A stretch of DNA of 64,000 nt from Smithellaceae bacterium (GTDB lineage Bacteria; Desulfobacterota; Syntrophia; Syntrophales; Smithellaceae), in the NCBI GenBank assembly GCA_028693285.1, contig JAQUVQ010000006.1, positions 8,039 through 72,038 on the forward strand, written 5' to 3'. This document shows, one piece after another, positions 23,201-30,795 of the stretch. Every line of letters begins with the position of its first letter. The first letter of the stretch is position 1. Under the pieces are notes generated by a model. The model made no database searches, had not been told where the DNA came from, and worked only from the letters and a program-made list of their open reading frames with translations. Both the position numbers and the translations under genes were made by a program.

Positions 23201-23773
23201 GCGCTCAACGAATACGCCGAGCTGGATCAGCGCAACCAGTTTCTGACGACGCAGTTGGGCGATCTCAACGAGTCGCTGGCGTCGCTGCAGAGGACCATCA
23301 CCCGGATCAATAAAATCTCCCGCGAACGGTTTTCCGAAACCTTTGCCGCCGTCAATGAATGCTTCAAGAAAACCTTTGCCCACATTTTCCCCGGCGGACG
23401 GGGAGAGCTTCTCCTGACCGATGAAAGCGATCTTCTGGAAACCGGCGTGGACATCGATATTCAGATTCCGGGCAAGAAGGCGCAGAGCGTCAGCCTGCTC
23501 TCCGGCGGCGAAAAATCCCTCGCCGCGATCGCGCTGATCTTCGCCATTCTGCTGTACCGTCCGTCGCCCTTCCTGATTCTGGACGAGGTGGACGCGGCGC
23601 TCGACGACGCGAACACCAACCTCTTCAACCGCCTGATCCGCGATGTCGCGGCAAATTCCCAAGTCATCATGATCACGCACAACAAGAGCACGATGGAAGT
23701 CGCCGACACGCTCTTCGGCGTGACCATGCAAAAGCAGGGAATATCGTCCCTGGTATCCGTCACCCTCAATTAA
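20225..23773 (+). CDS. smc: Chromosome segregation protein SMC
   Basis: 1182 aa. Walker A GPNGCGKSN, long coiled coils, hinge (GVVADHIDVPREYESAVEAVLG), signature LSGGEKSL, Walker B FLILDEVDAALD. Confidence 0.95.
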   Translation: MKLKRLEIAGFKSFRDKVVIDFSRGVNAVVGPNGCGKSNVVDAIRWVMGEQRVKALRGKKMDDVIFNGSEDAAPVSMAEVVMTLSSDGSSFPGVYGELTEVSISRKNILDGESEYCINRVPCRLLDVKEFFMGTGVGARTYSLIEQGAVANLVEAKPEDRRLFIEDAAGVSKYKSRKETAVRRMEATKQNILRLNDIHKEVKTQLNAITRQAKKAEQYKAVKQRMKETEIALSRQAYAKLSGKNAALQDERAQIAGQADAVGAKMESRESALQEMKAALLEKDEQIGLRQTELYEVKNSINIKEKNVEFSRRRMAEASERKQKNLAEIEEMGRKKESLAAEIGNLQKKSEDLLRQTTLLRQELEEGEREVQGLLEADRDINVRLEEQKIRYIDVMQDLAKFGNAVAGLKKGMEDFQRREEREIREIEQDKSRLADLTQKMQELAGGLAQEEEQIAQVAKEKESAADALEKAKSDLQTVEERILEVKEEAGAKSSRLQSLAEFEAAFKWSNEGVKKVIEKQDGSDAFYGVVADHIDVPREYESAVEAVLGDKLQYVVVKNQEEGVRAIDYLKSYKLGRGSFVPVELRGGNARTYGTEHLQEAEPLLHKVVVQEEFKKIAEGLLGDVLLTPSIETGINLWKKNGFRGTFVTPEGDTISPNGVLTGGSGSAVEKSLLATKREIVELEREVKKLSGELDDLMREKKELTASIARWDEELARLKNSEHQLEMNAHSRKKDLERFGDETERLKQRIAVLEFNRRNIKTEEAEARQKLQELEAEILVKEAAEKELNEIISGFNSRRQQSRAAIDAQEKRITEKKVLLAALAEKKEADLRTIARVQNDLAASESEAARKREDIEACEQQMAGLAAAVEADTEALKTLYERLASCESVLSELRERRAGDDERLKVQENEIRDIKRNMDELHRQQSELEMQCREGVLNLENLQNAVAEKHQADLASLMADFEMMEDEKITEIGALLEKDKQTIENFGEVNLLALNEYAELDQRNQFLTTQLGDLNESLASLQRTITRINKISRERFSETFAAVNECFKKTFAHIFPGGRGELLLTDESDLLETGVDIDIQIPGKKAQSVSLLSGGEKSLAAIALIFAILLYRPSPFLILDEVDAALDDANTNLFNRLIRDVAANSQVIMITHNKSTMEVADTLFGVTMQKQGISSLVSVTLN

Positions 23774-24042
23774 TTCCTTTCCTCAGCCCGCAATGCTAAA
23801 AACCCGTCGGCAGGACGGCGTGCGGCGAACGTGCGAGAGCTTTTCAGGAGGCCCTGCGTTTGCGCTTCGGCGCGGTGCGGAAGAAAATGCTTGATTTCAG
23901 GGAAAAATGAGTGATATGAAAAACAAGAAATTCCGGGAGCCGGCGATGGTTTCTGTGCCGGCATAAAACATTTTCATTCAGAAAACGCTTCTTAACCTGC
24001 TGCAGAGCAACTTTTTTCTATTGGAAAAGGGAGGACAATGAA

Positions 24043-24492
24043 ATGAAAATACGGGACATGTTGAAAGCCACGGGATTCAAAAGTCAATCGTTAATTACCG
24101 TCGGTGCGGATGAATTTGTTTCCGCGGCGATCCAGAAGCTGATTCAGCACGATAAAGGGGCGCTCCCCGTCACGAATGAAAAGGATGAGCTGATCGGCAT
24201 CATTACGGAAAGAGACATCGTGCGCAAGTGCCTCGCGCGCGGGGGGAATTGCGACGACAAGAAGGTCGGAGACATCATGACCCACGAGGTCGCCATTGCT
24301 TCGATGGAAGACGATCTGGATTACGCGATCAACACGATGAGAAATAAAAAGATTCGGCATATTCCGATCGCGGACGGCAAAAAGGTGGTGGGCATGATTT
24401 CCATGCGGGACATCCTGGGATTTCAGTACGAGGAGACCAAGGCGGAAATCAAGTACATCAAACTGATGCCCCAGCGGCCGGTGTTCAAATAG
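24043..24492 (+). CDS. CBS-domain pair protein
   Basis: 149 aa with two CBS repeats (GALPVTNEKDELIGIITERDIV and IRHIPIADGKKVVGMISMRDIL). GGGAGG RBS. Confidence 0.85.
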   Translation: MKIRDMLKATGFKSQSLITVGADEFVSAAIQKLIQHDKGALPVTNEKDELIGIITERDIVRKCLARGGNCDDKKVGDIMTHEVAIASMEDDLDYAINTMRNKKIRHIPIADGKKVVGMISMRDILGFQYEETKAEIKYIKLMPQRPVFK

Positions 24493-24501
24493 AATTTTGT
24501 T

Positions 24502-24535
24502 CGGGCCCGCCGCCGCTGAATCCGGGGCGGGCCCG
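24502..24535 (+). terminator. GC-rich hairpin after the CBS gene (possible terminator, poor T-tract)
   Basis: 10-bp stem CGGGCCCGCC/GGCGGGCCCG with a 14-nt loop, followed by TCCTTTATCC. Confidence 0.3.
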
Positions 24536-24771
24536 TCCTTTATCCGCCGCCGTTGTTCGAAATCCGGGCCCTTTCTTTTCCCGCGGGCGGGGATTCACCG
24601 CCCGGCCTGCTCGGAATTCCGCCCTTCCTTTCAGAAAATCATCCATTTCTTTACTTTGGCGCCGAAAGCCGCTATGAATTCCATAAGGCCGCGACGGTTT
24701 TCCCCTGTCGGCCGCATGACGGCTGTTTTGATTTCCCGACGGGGAGGTTTGCAGAAAGGAACAAGAAGAAA

Positions 24772-25683
24772 GTGGGTTTATTCGACAAACTCAAAGCGGG
24801 GCTGACCAAGACCCGGGACGCCCTCACCAAAAATCTGGATCAGCTCGTTTTCGGCAAAAGGGAATTGAATCCGGCACTTTACGACGAGCTGGAGGATCTG
24901 ATGATTTCCGCTGACATGGGTCCGCAGTTTACCTTTGACCTCATCGAAGACGTCAAGCAGCGGGTCAAGCGCAAGGAACTTTCCGACGCGTCACAGATCA
25001 AAAAAGTTTTGCAGGAGCGAATGATCGCCATTCTGCGCAAGATGGAAACCCCGCTTTTTATCAATAAAAACGAAGCTTTTGTCATCATGGCCGTCGGGGT
25101 AAACGGAAGCGGCAAGACCACCACCATCGGCAAACTGGCCCACATGCTGCGCCGGGACGGCCACGAGGTCTTGCTGGTTGCCGCCGACACCTTCCGTGCG
25201 GCGGCCATCGAGCAGCTGGAGGTCTGGGGGACCCGCGTCTGTGCGCCCGTGATCAAGCAGAAAATGAATGCGGATCCCGCCGCCGTTGTTTTCGACGCCG
25301 TGGGAAAGATTAAAGCCGGTTTCAACGGCGTGGTGATCGTGGATACCGCCGGCCGCCTGCACACCCGGACCAATCTGATGGAAGAGCTCAAAAAGGTCAA
25401 AAGGGTCATCGGCAAAGAGCTGCCCGGGGCTCCGCATGAGATCCTGCTGGTTCTGGACGCCACGACGGGCCAGAATGCCGTCATCCAGGCCAAAATGTTT
25501 CAGGAGGAAATCGGGGCGACCGGCATCGTGCTGACCAAGCTGGACGGGACTTCCAAGGGTGGAGTGGTGGTGCGCATCGCCGGCGAACTGGGTCTTCCGG
25601 TGCGCTTTATCGGCGTCGGCGAGGGGCTGGAGGATCTGCGGCCCTTTGACAGCGGAGATTTTACGGCCGCCCTTCTGGATTAG
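24772..25683 (+). CDS. ftsY: Signal recognition particle receptor FtsY (short form, NG domain only)
   Basis: GTG start giving (M)GLFDKLKAGLTKTRDAL. GVNGSGKTTTIGKLA, DTAGRL, TKLDGTSKGG. The track ORF start at 24553 adds 73 non-homologous residues. Confidence 0.9.
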   Translation: MGLFDKLKAGLTKTRDALTKNLDQLVFGKRELNPALYDELEDLMISADMGPQFTFDLIEDVKQRVKRKELSDASQIKKVLQERMIAILRKMETPLFINKNEAFVIMAVGVNGSGKTTTIGKLAHMLRRDGHEVLLVAADTFRAAAIEQLEVWGTRVCAPVIKQKMNADPAAVVFDAVGKIKAGFNGVVIVDTAGRLHTRTNLMEELKKVKRVIGKELPGAPHEILLVLDATTGQNAVIQAKMFQEEIGATGIVLTKLDGTSKGGVVVRIAGELGLPVRFIGVGEGLEDLRPFDSGDFTAALLD

Positions 25684-25709
25684 GCGGCCGCTCATGAAGG
25701 CGGCGGATC

Positions 25710-26351
25710 ATGAAAATATTCGCGATCGGCGACATTCACGGCTGCCTGGATCAGCTTCAGCGCCTTCTCAAGAAAATTCCGGCCGATCCGGAACAGGACA
25801 CGCTGGTTTTTATCGGCGATTTCATTGACCGAGGCCCGGAAAGCAGAGGCGTGGTTGATTGCGTTTTGGAGCTTTGTGAAATCTATGCCGGCATGGTCTG
25901 CCTTTGCGGCAATCATGAATCCATGCTCCTGGACTATCTGGAAGGCGTGGAGGAGGAGTTGTACTTGCAAAACGGCGGTTCCACGACGCTCAATGACTAC
26001 GGGATATCTCTTTTGGATCCCCCGCGGATCAGAAAGGCAAAAATACCCGCTGATCATCTGCGTTTTTATGAATCGCTTCTGCCGTATTATGAAACGGACC
26101 AATATCTGTTTGTTCACGCCGGCCTGCGTCCGGGGATACCTCGCGCCGAGCAGTCCGCACAGGATATGCTGTGGATTCGGCGGGAATTTATCGATTCCGA
26201 AGCCGATTTCGGAAAAAGGGTGGTTTTCGGACATACCCATTTCAGCGCGCCTCTGGTTGCCGAAAACAAGATCGGGATTGACACGGGCGCGGTTTTCGGC
26301 GGCAGGCTCACCTGCGCGGAGCTGCCGACTTTAAATTTTTATCAGGTGTAA
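25710..26351 (+). CDS. Metallophosphoesterase (PPP-family Ser/Thr phosphatase / ApaH-like)
   Basis: GDIHGC, GDFIDRGPES and GNHE motifs. 213 aa. Confidence 0.8.
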   Translation: MKIFAIGDIHGCLDQLQRLLKKIPADPEQDTLVFIGDFIDRGPESRGVVDCVLELCEIYAGMVCLCGNHESMLLDYLEGVEEELYLQNGGSTTLNDYGISLLDPPRIRKAKIPADHLRFYESLLPYYETDQYLFVHAGLRPGIPRAEQSAQDMLWIRREFIDSEADFGKRVVFGHTHFSAPLVAENKIGIDTGAVFGGRLTCAELPTLNFYQV

Positions 26352-26353
26352 AT

Positions 26354-27274
26354 ATGAAAATTATCGAATGTGTGCCGAATTTCAGCGAAGGATGCGATCA
26401 GGCCGGAATCGAATCGATTGCCGGCGTCTTAAAGGCGTTTCCCGCCATCCGCCTGATTGACTACAGCGGGGACAGCGATCATAACCGGAGCGTCTTCACG
26501 TTTCTGGGAAAGCCTGAAGACGTGCTCGAAGCGGCGCTGGCCGCATCGGGTCAGGCGCTGAAACTGATTGACATGCGCAAGCAGACCGGCGTCCATCCGC
26601 GCCTGGGGGCCGTTGACGTGGTGCCCTTCATCCCCCTGGGGAGAACAAAAATGGAAGATGCGGTTGATCTGGCGCACCTCTTTGGCCGGCAGTTATTTGA
26701 ACGATTCGGCGTGCCGGTTTATTTTTACGGCCACGCGGCGCTGGTTCCCGAGCGCAGGGAGCTGGCCAATGTCCGTCGCGGCGGGTACGAGGCGCTGTCG
26801 GACAAGATGTCCAACCCCGGCGACGCGCCGGATGCCGGCAAGCCCGTCTTTAATCCGCGCGCGGGCGCAACCGCGGTCGGCGCGCGCGAACTCCTGGTGG
26901 CGTATAACATCAATTTGAATTGCGACGATTTGCGCCTGGCGCAAAAAATCGCATCACTCATTCGGGAAAAAAGCGGCGGATTTCCGCATGTGCGCGCCAT
27001 CGGCGTCATTTTAAAAAGCAGGCGTCTGGCGCAGGTCTCCATGAACCTGACCAACTGCAAAGAAACACCGTTTAAAGCGGTTTATGAACGGGTGGAGGCC
27101 CTGGCCGCCGAACGGGGCGTTGAGATTCTGGAGTCGGAGTTGATCGGACTGGCGCCCAAATGCGCTTTTGCGGGCACGAAGCCGCAAAAGCTGAAACTGG
27201 CAAACTTTTCGAAAGACAGGCTTTTGGAAACGCATCTGAAGGATTTCAAGGACGCGGAAAGCGCCGGAGGTTGA
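26354..27274 (+). CDS. ftcD: Glutamate formimidoyltransferase (FTCD N-terminal domain only)
   Basis: MKIIECVPNFSEG..., HPRLGAVDVVPFIPL. 306 aa. No cyclodeaminase domain. Confidence 0.8.
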   Translation: MKIIECVPNFSEGCDQAGIESIAGVLKAFPAIRLIDYSGDSDHNRSVFTFLGKPEDVLEAALAASGQALKLIDMRKQTGVHPRLGAVDVVPFIPLGRTKMEDAVDLAHLFGRQLFERFGVPVYFYGHAALVPERRELANVRRGGYEALSDKMSNPGDAPDAGKPVFNPRAGATAVGARELLVAYNINLNCDDLRLAQKIASLIREKSGGFPHVRAIGVILKSRRLAQVSMNLTNCKETPFKAVYERVEALAAERGVEILESELIGLAPKCAFAGTKPQKLKLANFSKDRLLETHLKDFKDAESAGG

Positions 27275-27330
27275 CAGTCCGCGCAAAGAATGTTAAATCG
27301 CCGGCTCCTTCGGGAACTCCAGCCAAGGCT

Positions 27331-27407
27331 GCCCCTGTAGCTCAGATGGATAGAGCGACAGATTCCTAATCTGTGGGCCGCGTGTTCGACTCACGCCAGG
27401 GGCACCA
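27331..27407 (+). tRNA. tRNA-Arg (anticodon CCT), encoded CCA
   Basis: Acceptor GCCCCTG/CAGGGGC, D-arm GCTCAGATGGATAGAGC, anticodon stem ACAGA/TCTGT with loop TT-CCT-AA, T-arm GTGTTCGACTCAC. Confidence 0.9.
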
Positions 27408-27497
27408 GTATAATCAATGTCTTCAGCCATTTTTAAAAAGAGACGAAGAGCCCTGCCGGTGTGCCCGCCACGGCGGTGGTTGTCACCGCCTGAATAG

Positions 27498-28703
27498 TTA
27501 CGGAAACCGCTTCCGGCTCAGCGGAAAATAAAGAAACAGCACCAAAACCGAAAGAACAACACCCAGCGAAAAAAGCCCCGTGTAGCCGAAGCGTTCGGCC
27601 ATCCACCCGGAAGCCCAGCTGCCCGGTGATTTCCCCAGGACCTCGATCGCCGCGAGAACCGTGTAATGCGTGGCCCCGATTCTTTTGTCCACGCGGGACA
27701 TCATGTACGCGAAAAGCGCGGTGGTGAGCATGCCGCCGAAGAAGTGCTCCGCAACCGTTACGGCCACTACCTGCGGCGCGGCGGGTGTGATCGTGGAGAG
27801 CCACCACTCTGACGCAAGCGGAATCAGCCGAAGCGATGCGGCGGCAAAGAGCGCCTGCACGATGGGAAGGCGCGCAGCCAGCCAGCCTCCGAAGACCGAT
27901 CCGAGAAGGGATGCGGCCATTCCCCAGGTGCCTATCCACAGGCCGATCTGATGAGCGGTAAAGCCGCAGTCCACGAGGAACGGCTTGAACATCATGTCGA
28001 TCATCGCTTCCCCCGTCTTGTAGGTTGCGAGGAAGACGAGAAAGGGCAGCGCTCCGGGGGAGCGCAGAGCGGCTGCAAGCGCATGGAGAATATCCGAAGG
28101 CTTCGGCCGGGCGGCGCCGGCCGGTCCGCTTGAATCGGCCTCCCGATAGTGAAGAATGAAAATCAGCGGCAGCGCCGCCACCGCCGCCATGGTCAGAAAA
28201 AGAGCACCCCAGCCCGCGCGCCCGGCGAGCCACACCAGGATGCCGCCGCCCAGAATCATCCCCACCTTGTATCCCGCGACCTGGGCGGCGTTGCCCGGAC
28301 CCAGCTCATCGGGCTTCAGAATGTCCACCGCCAGACCGTCCACGGCGATGTCCTGTGTGGCGGCGCAGAGGTTCATGAGAAAGATGCATGCCAGAAGCGG
28401 CGCCACGGCGCCGGAACCCGCCACCGGCACGGATGCCAGCATGATCACAATCATGAAGGCCTGCAGCGGAATGATCCAGGAACGGCGGCGTCCGATTTTG
28501 CCCGACCAGAAGCGGTCCACCAGCGGCGCCCACAGCGGCTTGAGCAGCCAGGGCGCGGCCAGCGCCCCGGCAAAACCGATGGCGGCAAGCGAGAGGCCCC
28601 TTTCCCGCAGGAGCGCTGGAAGCGCGGTGGCCTGAAAGCCGAAGGGGAGGCCCTGCGAAAGGTAAAGCATGAACAGGAGTGCCGTTTTGCCGCTGGTCTT
28701 CAC
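27498..28703 (-). CDS. ampG: MFS transporter, AmpG/PAT-family-like (muropeptide permease-like)
   Basis: GTG start (GGAGAA 5 nt upstream) giving VKTSGKTALLFMLYLSQGLPFGFQ, the AmpG-type N-terminal motif. About 12 predicted TM segments. Substrate assignment is tentative. Confidence 0.7.
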   Translation of the reverse strand: MKTSGKTALLFMLYLSQGLPFGFQATALPALLRERGLSLAAIGFAGALAAPWLLKPLWAPLVDRFWSGKIGRRRSWIIPLQAFMIVIMLASVPVAGSGAVAPLLACIFLMNLCAATQDIAVDGLAVDILKPDELGPGNAAQVAGYKVGMILGGGILVWLAGRAGWGALFLTMAAVAALPLIFILHYREADSSGPAGAARPKPSDILHALAAALRSPGALPFLVFLATYKTGEAMIDMMFKPFLVDCGFTAHQIGLWIGTWGMAASLLGSVFGGWLAARLPIVQALFAAASLRLIPLASEWWLSTITPAAPQVVAVTVAEHFFGGMLTTALFAYMMSRVDKRIGATHYTVLAAIEVLGKSPGSWASGWMAERFGYTGLFSLGVVLSVLVLFLYFPLSRKRFP

Positions 28704-28928
28704 ATGCGTTCTCCAAGGGAGCCTGGGCGCGCCGGGAGGTTTCCGGTGAGCCGGGCAGACTATAAAAAACGGGAGCCTGAATGTCAATCGATGATAGCAA
28801 TCCCGCAAAGCCAGTTTTCGTTTGACACGTCCGGCCTTTCTTTATATGCAGCATCCTGATTTTTTTGAACAGGGCGGCGTGGCACAAAACGGTTGCACGG
28901 TTGAAAATTCATTAAGGAGAGGACACTC

Positions 28929-29762
28929 ATGGCGGAGAAAAACCTGGTTTACCGAGGCAAGTCGAAAGATGTATTTAGAATCACAAGCGGGGCGTACAAA
29001 GGAAAGTACCGTTTTGTGTTTACCGACCGGGGCACCGGCTACTTTGAAAACGGCAAGCCGGTTTTTGATCCGGGATACGACGTTGTCGTCGGTGAAATTC
29101 CCGGAAAAGGCGCCATCGCGTGCCGGTTTGCCACGTATTTTTTCCAGCTTCTGAAATCCAAGGGCGTCGCCACGCATTATATTGATACGACGAGCGACAA
29201 CGAAATGATCGTGGAGCCGGCCATTCCGCTGAGCATGAAGGTGCAGGGACCGGCGTTTCCCGGTTCGGCTCCTCTTTCCAACCTGGAGTTCACCTGGAGG
29301 AACAGCGCAACCGGAAGCTTCTGGAGGCGGTATCCCTTCATCCGGCCCTGCACGAACCTCCACCGGGTGGTCGAAGCGTGGACGAAAGGGGACAGCGACG
29401 TTCTGATCACGATGGAGGCGCTGGCCGAAACGGGCGCGCTGGCCCGAAAGGAAATCGCGCAGAGCGTGAAGCTGGTTCAAAAAATCGCCGACATCGTTTC
29501 GAAAGAATTTGCGTCCCGAAATCTGCATGTCATCGACGGAAAGTTCGAGCTGGGACGGCTGAAATACGGCGACGGCAAAATCGTGCTGATCGATGAAATA
29601 TCGCCTGACGTCCTGCGGGTGTGCCGGGGCTACAAACCGAACGGGAACGGGGACTGCACGCGGTTCAGGGCCTGCACCGTCACGGGGGAATCGGACGGCA
29701 AACGGACGATCAAAAACAGAAATCAGGTATCGGCGGCGGAGCTGGTCAAAATTTTCCGGTAG
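28929..29762 (+). CDS. SAICAR-synthetase-family protein (divergent PurC-like)
   Basis: LVYRGKSKDVF..., IPGKGAI..RFATYFFQLLKSKGVATHYI, LHVIDGKFELG, LIDEISPDVLR match the PurC fold pattern. It has insertions and an unusual Cys-containing C-terminal tail. AAGGAGAGG RBS. Confidence 0.6.
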   Translation: MAEKNLVYRGKSKDVFRITSGAYKGKYRFVFTDRGTGYFENGKPVFDPGYDVVVGEIPGKGAIACRFATYFFQLLKSKGVATHYIDTTSDNEMIVEPAIPLSMKVQGPAFPGSAPLSNLEFTWRNSATGSFWRRYPFIRPCTNLHRVVEAWTKGDSDVLITMEALAETGALARKEIAQSVKLVQKIADIVSKEFASRNLHVIDGKFELGRLKYGDGKIVLIDEISPDVLRVCRGYKPNGNGDCTRFRACTVTGESDGKRTIKNRNQVSAAELVKIFR

Positions 29763-29786
29763 GCGTCAGCGCGGGTGCGTCGGGCG

Positions 29787-30203
29787 TCACCATTGAAATT
29801 TTGTCACCTCGAAGTGATCGCCGGAAATTCCGGCGGGGGGAGAGGACCGGAATTTCACAAGCTCCTCATTCCAGAAATCGGCAAGTCCGTTTTGTTTGGC
29901 CACGGAGGTGAGCCAGGAGATTTCGGCTTCGTGGATTTGTCCGTCGGCCGCGGAGAGCTTCAGACCGTCCAGGAGAAACGAACGGGCGACGCCGGCTTGT
30001 GAGAAGCGGGGCGGCTCGTCGGTGATGTAGTGGTTCACCAGAATGTCCTCCATGGTCTTGGCGCAGAATTTCCGGTCAAATCCCAGCTTTTTCCCGATGC
30101 TCATCATGAATTTCTTTTCTTTTTCATGGATCTCGCGGTCCCGGCGGACCAGAATCATCAATCCTTTATAGTAAAGACTGCGATCCGGGATGGAAATTTT
30201 CAT
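29787..30203 (-). CDS. TerB-like (tellurite-resistance TerB fold) small protein
   Basis: Internal start MKISIPDRSLYYKGLMIL. Contains the TerB-type pattern LKLSAADGQIHEAEISWL. Second gene of a two-gene minus-strand unit. Confidence 0.5.
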   Translation of the reverse strand: MKISIPDRSLYYKGLMILVRRDREIHEKEKKFMMSIGKKLGFDRKFCAKTMEDILVNHYITDEPPRFSQAGVARSFLLDGLKLSAADGQIHEAEISWLTSVAKQNGLADFWNEELVKFRSSPPAGISGDHFEVTKFQW

Positions 30204-30222
30204 GGGCGCCGTCCTTTGGCCG

Positions 30223-30624
30223 TCACTGCCATCCGATGATTTCATAGCCCTTTTCGCTGAGGCAGCGATTGACGAAATTGATATAAAGCGGGTCGGGCTG
30301 AGAGGCATGGATGATCCCGCTCACCAGTCCCGCCGCCGCACCGCCGGCCGCGCCCATGCCCACGCCCCTGCCGAAGCTTCCGTCCACCGCGCCGATCGCG
30401 CCGCCGACCACGGCGCCGCCGATGCCTCCGATGACGGTGTCTTTTGCGGCTTCTTTGGCCGCGTCGGACTTGACGTACATGTCGGCCTGCTCCCGGCACA
30501 GGGCAATGTCCCGCTGGGCCTGATCATTTCCGACATTGCTTAAGTGGGCGTTGGGGTAAAGCACGGGGCTCACCGTGCAGCCGGCGAACAAAAAAATCAT
30601 CCAGGGGACCATCCATTTTTTCAT
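30223..30624 (-). CDS. Glycine-zipper lipoprotein
   Basis: Start MKKWMVPWMIFLFAGC (signal peptide plus lipobox LFAG|C). Central glycine zipper VIGGIGGAVVGGAIGAVDG...GVGMGAAGGAAAGLVSG. Confidence 0.65.
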   Translation of the reverse strand: MKKWMVPWMIFLFAGCTVSPVLYPNAHLSNVGNDQAQRDIALCREQADMYVKSDAAKEAAKDTVIGGIGGAVVGGAIGAVDGSFGRGVGMGAAGGAAAGLVSGIIHASQPDPLYINFVNRCLSEKGYEIIGWQ

Positions 30625-30795
30625 CTTGAAACACCCTTTCTTTGCCGGGACTTCGGAAAATGCAATGATGCTATACAACGATTTGCCAAAAATGACAAAT
30701 GCCGGGGGGAGACCTCGAAAAGGGATTTCATGTTGTAAAAACCGGTGAAAATTTATAAGCTCTTCATCATTTTCCTGAGGTGCGCCGTGGCGGCT

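Noticed and set aside
20180-23731. Two long minus-strand ORFs (470 aa and 676 aa) opposite smc
   Set aside because: They are antisense to an unambiguous SMC gene (Walker A/B, signature motif, hinge). Their translated sequences are repetitive and Arg/Gly/Leu-rich with no domains.
24553-24771. 73-residue N-terminal extension of ftsY suggested by the track ORF
   Set aside because: The extension has no similarity to FtsY A-domains and reads like translated non-coding DNA. Homology starts at the GTG-initiated GLFDKLKAGL. Similar extensions were trimmed for ppiD-like, greA, trxB, hbd, tkt, the lipoprotein, TerB-like, ampG-like and the RRM protein.
27408-30700. tRNA-Arg as the attachment site of a genomic island (ampG-like, purC-like, lipoprotein/TerB-like genes downstream)
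   Set aside because: No integrase or mobility gene is present. I could not find a direct repeat of the tRNA 3' end, and there is no obvious compositional break.
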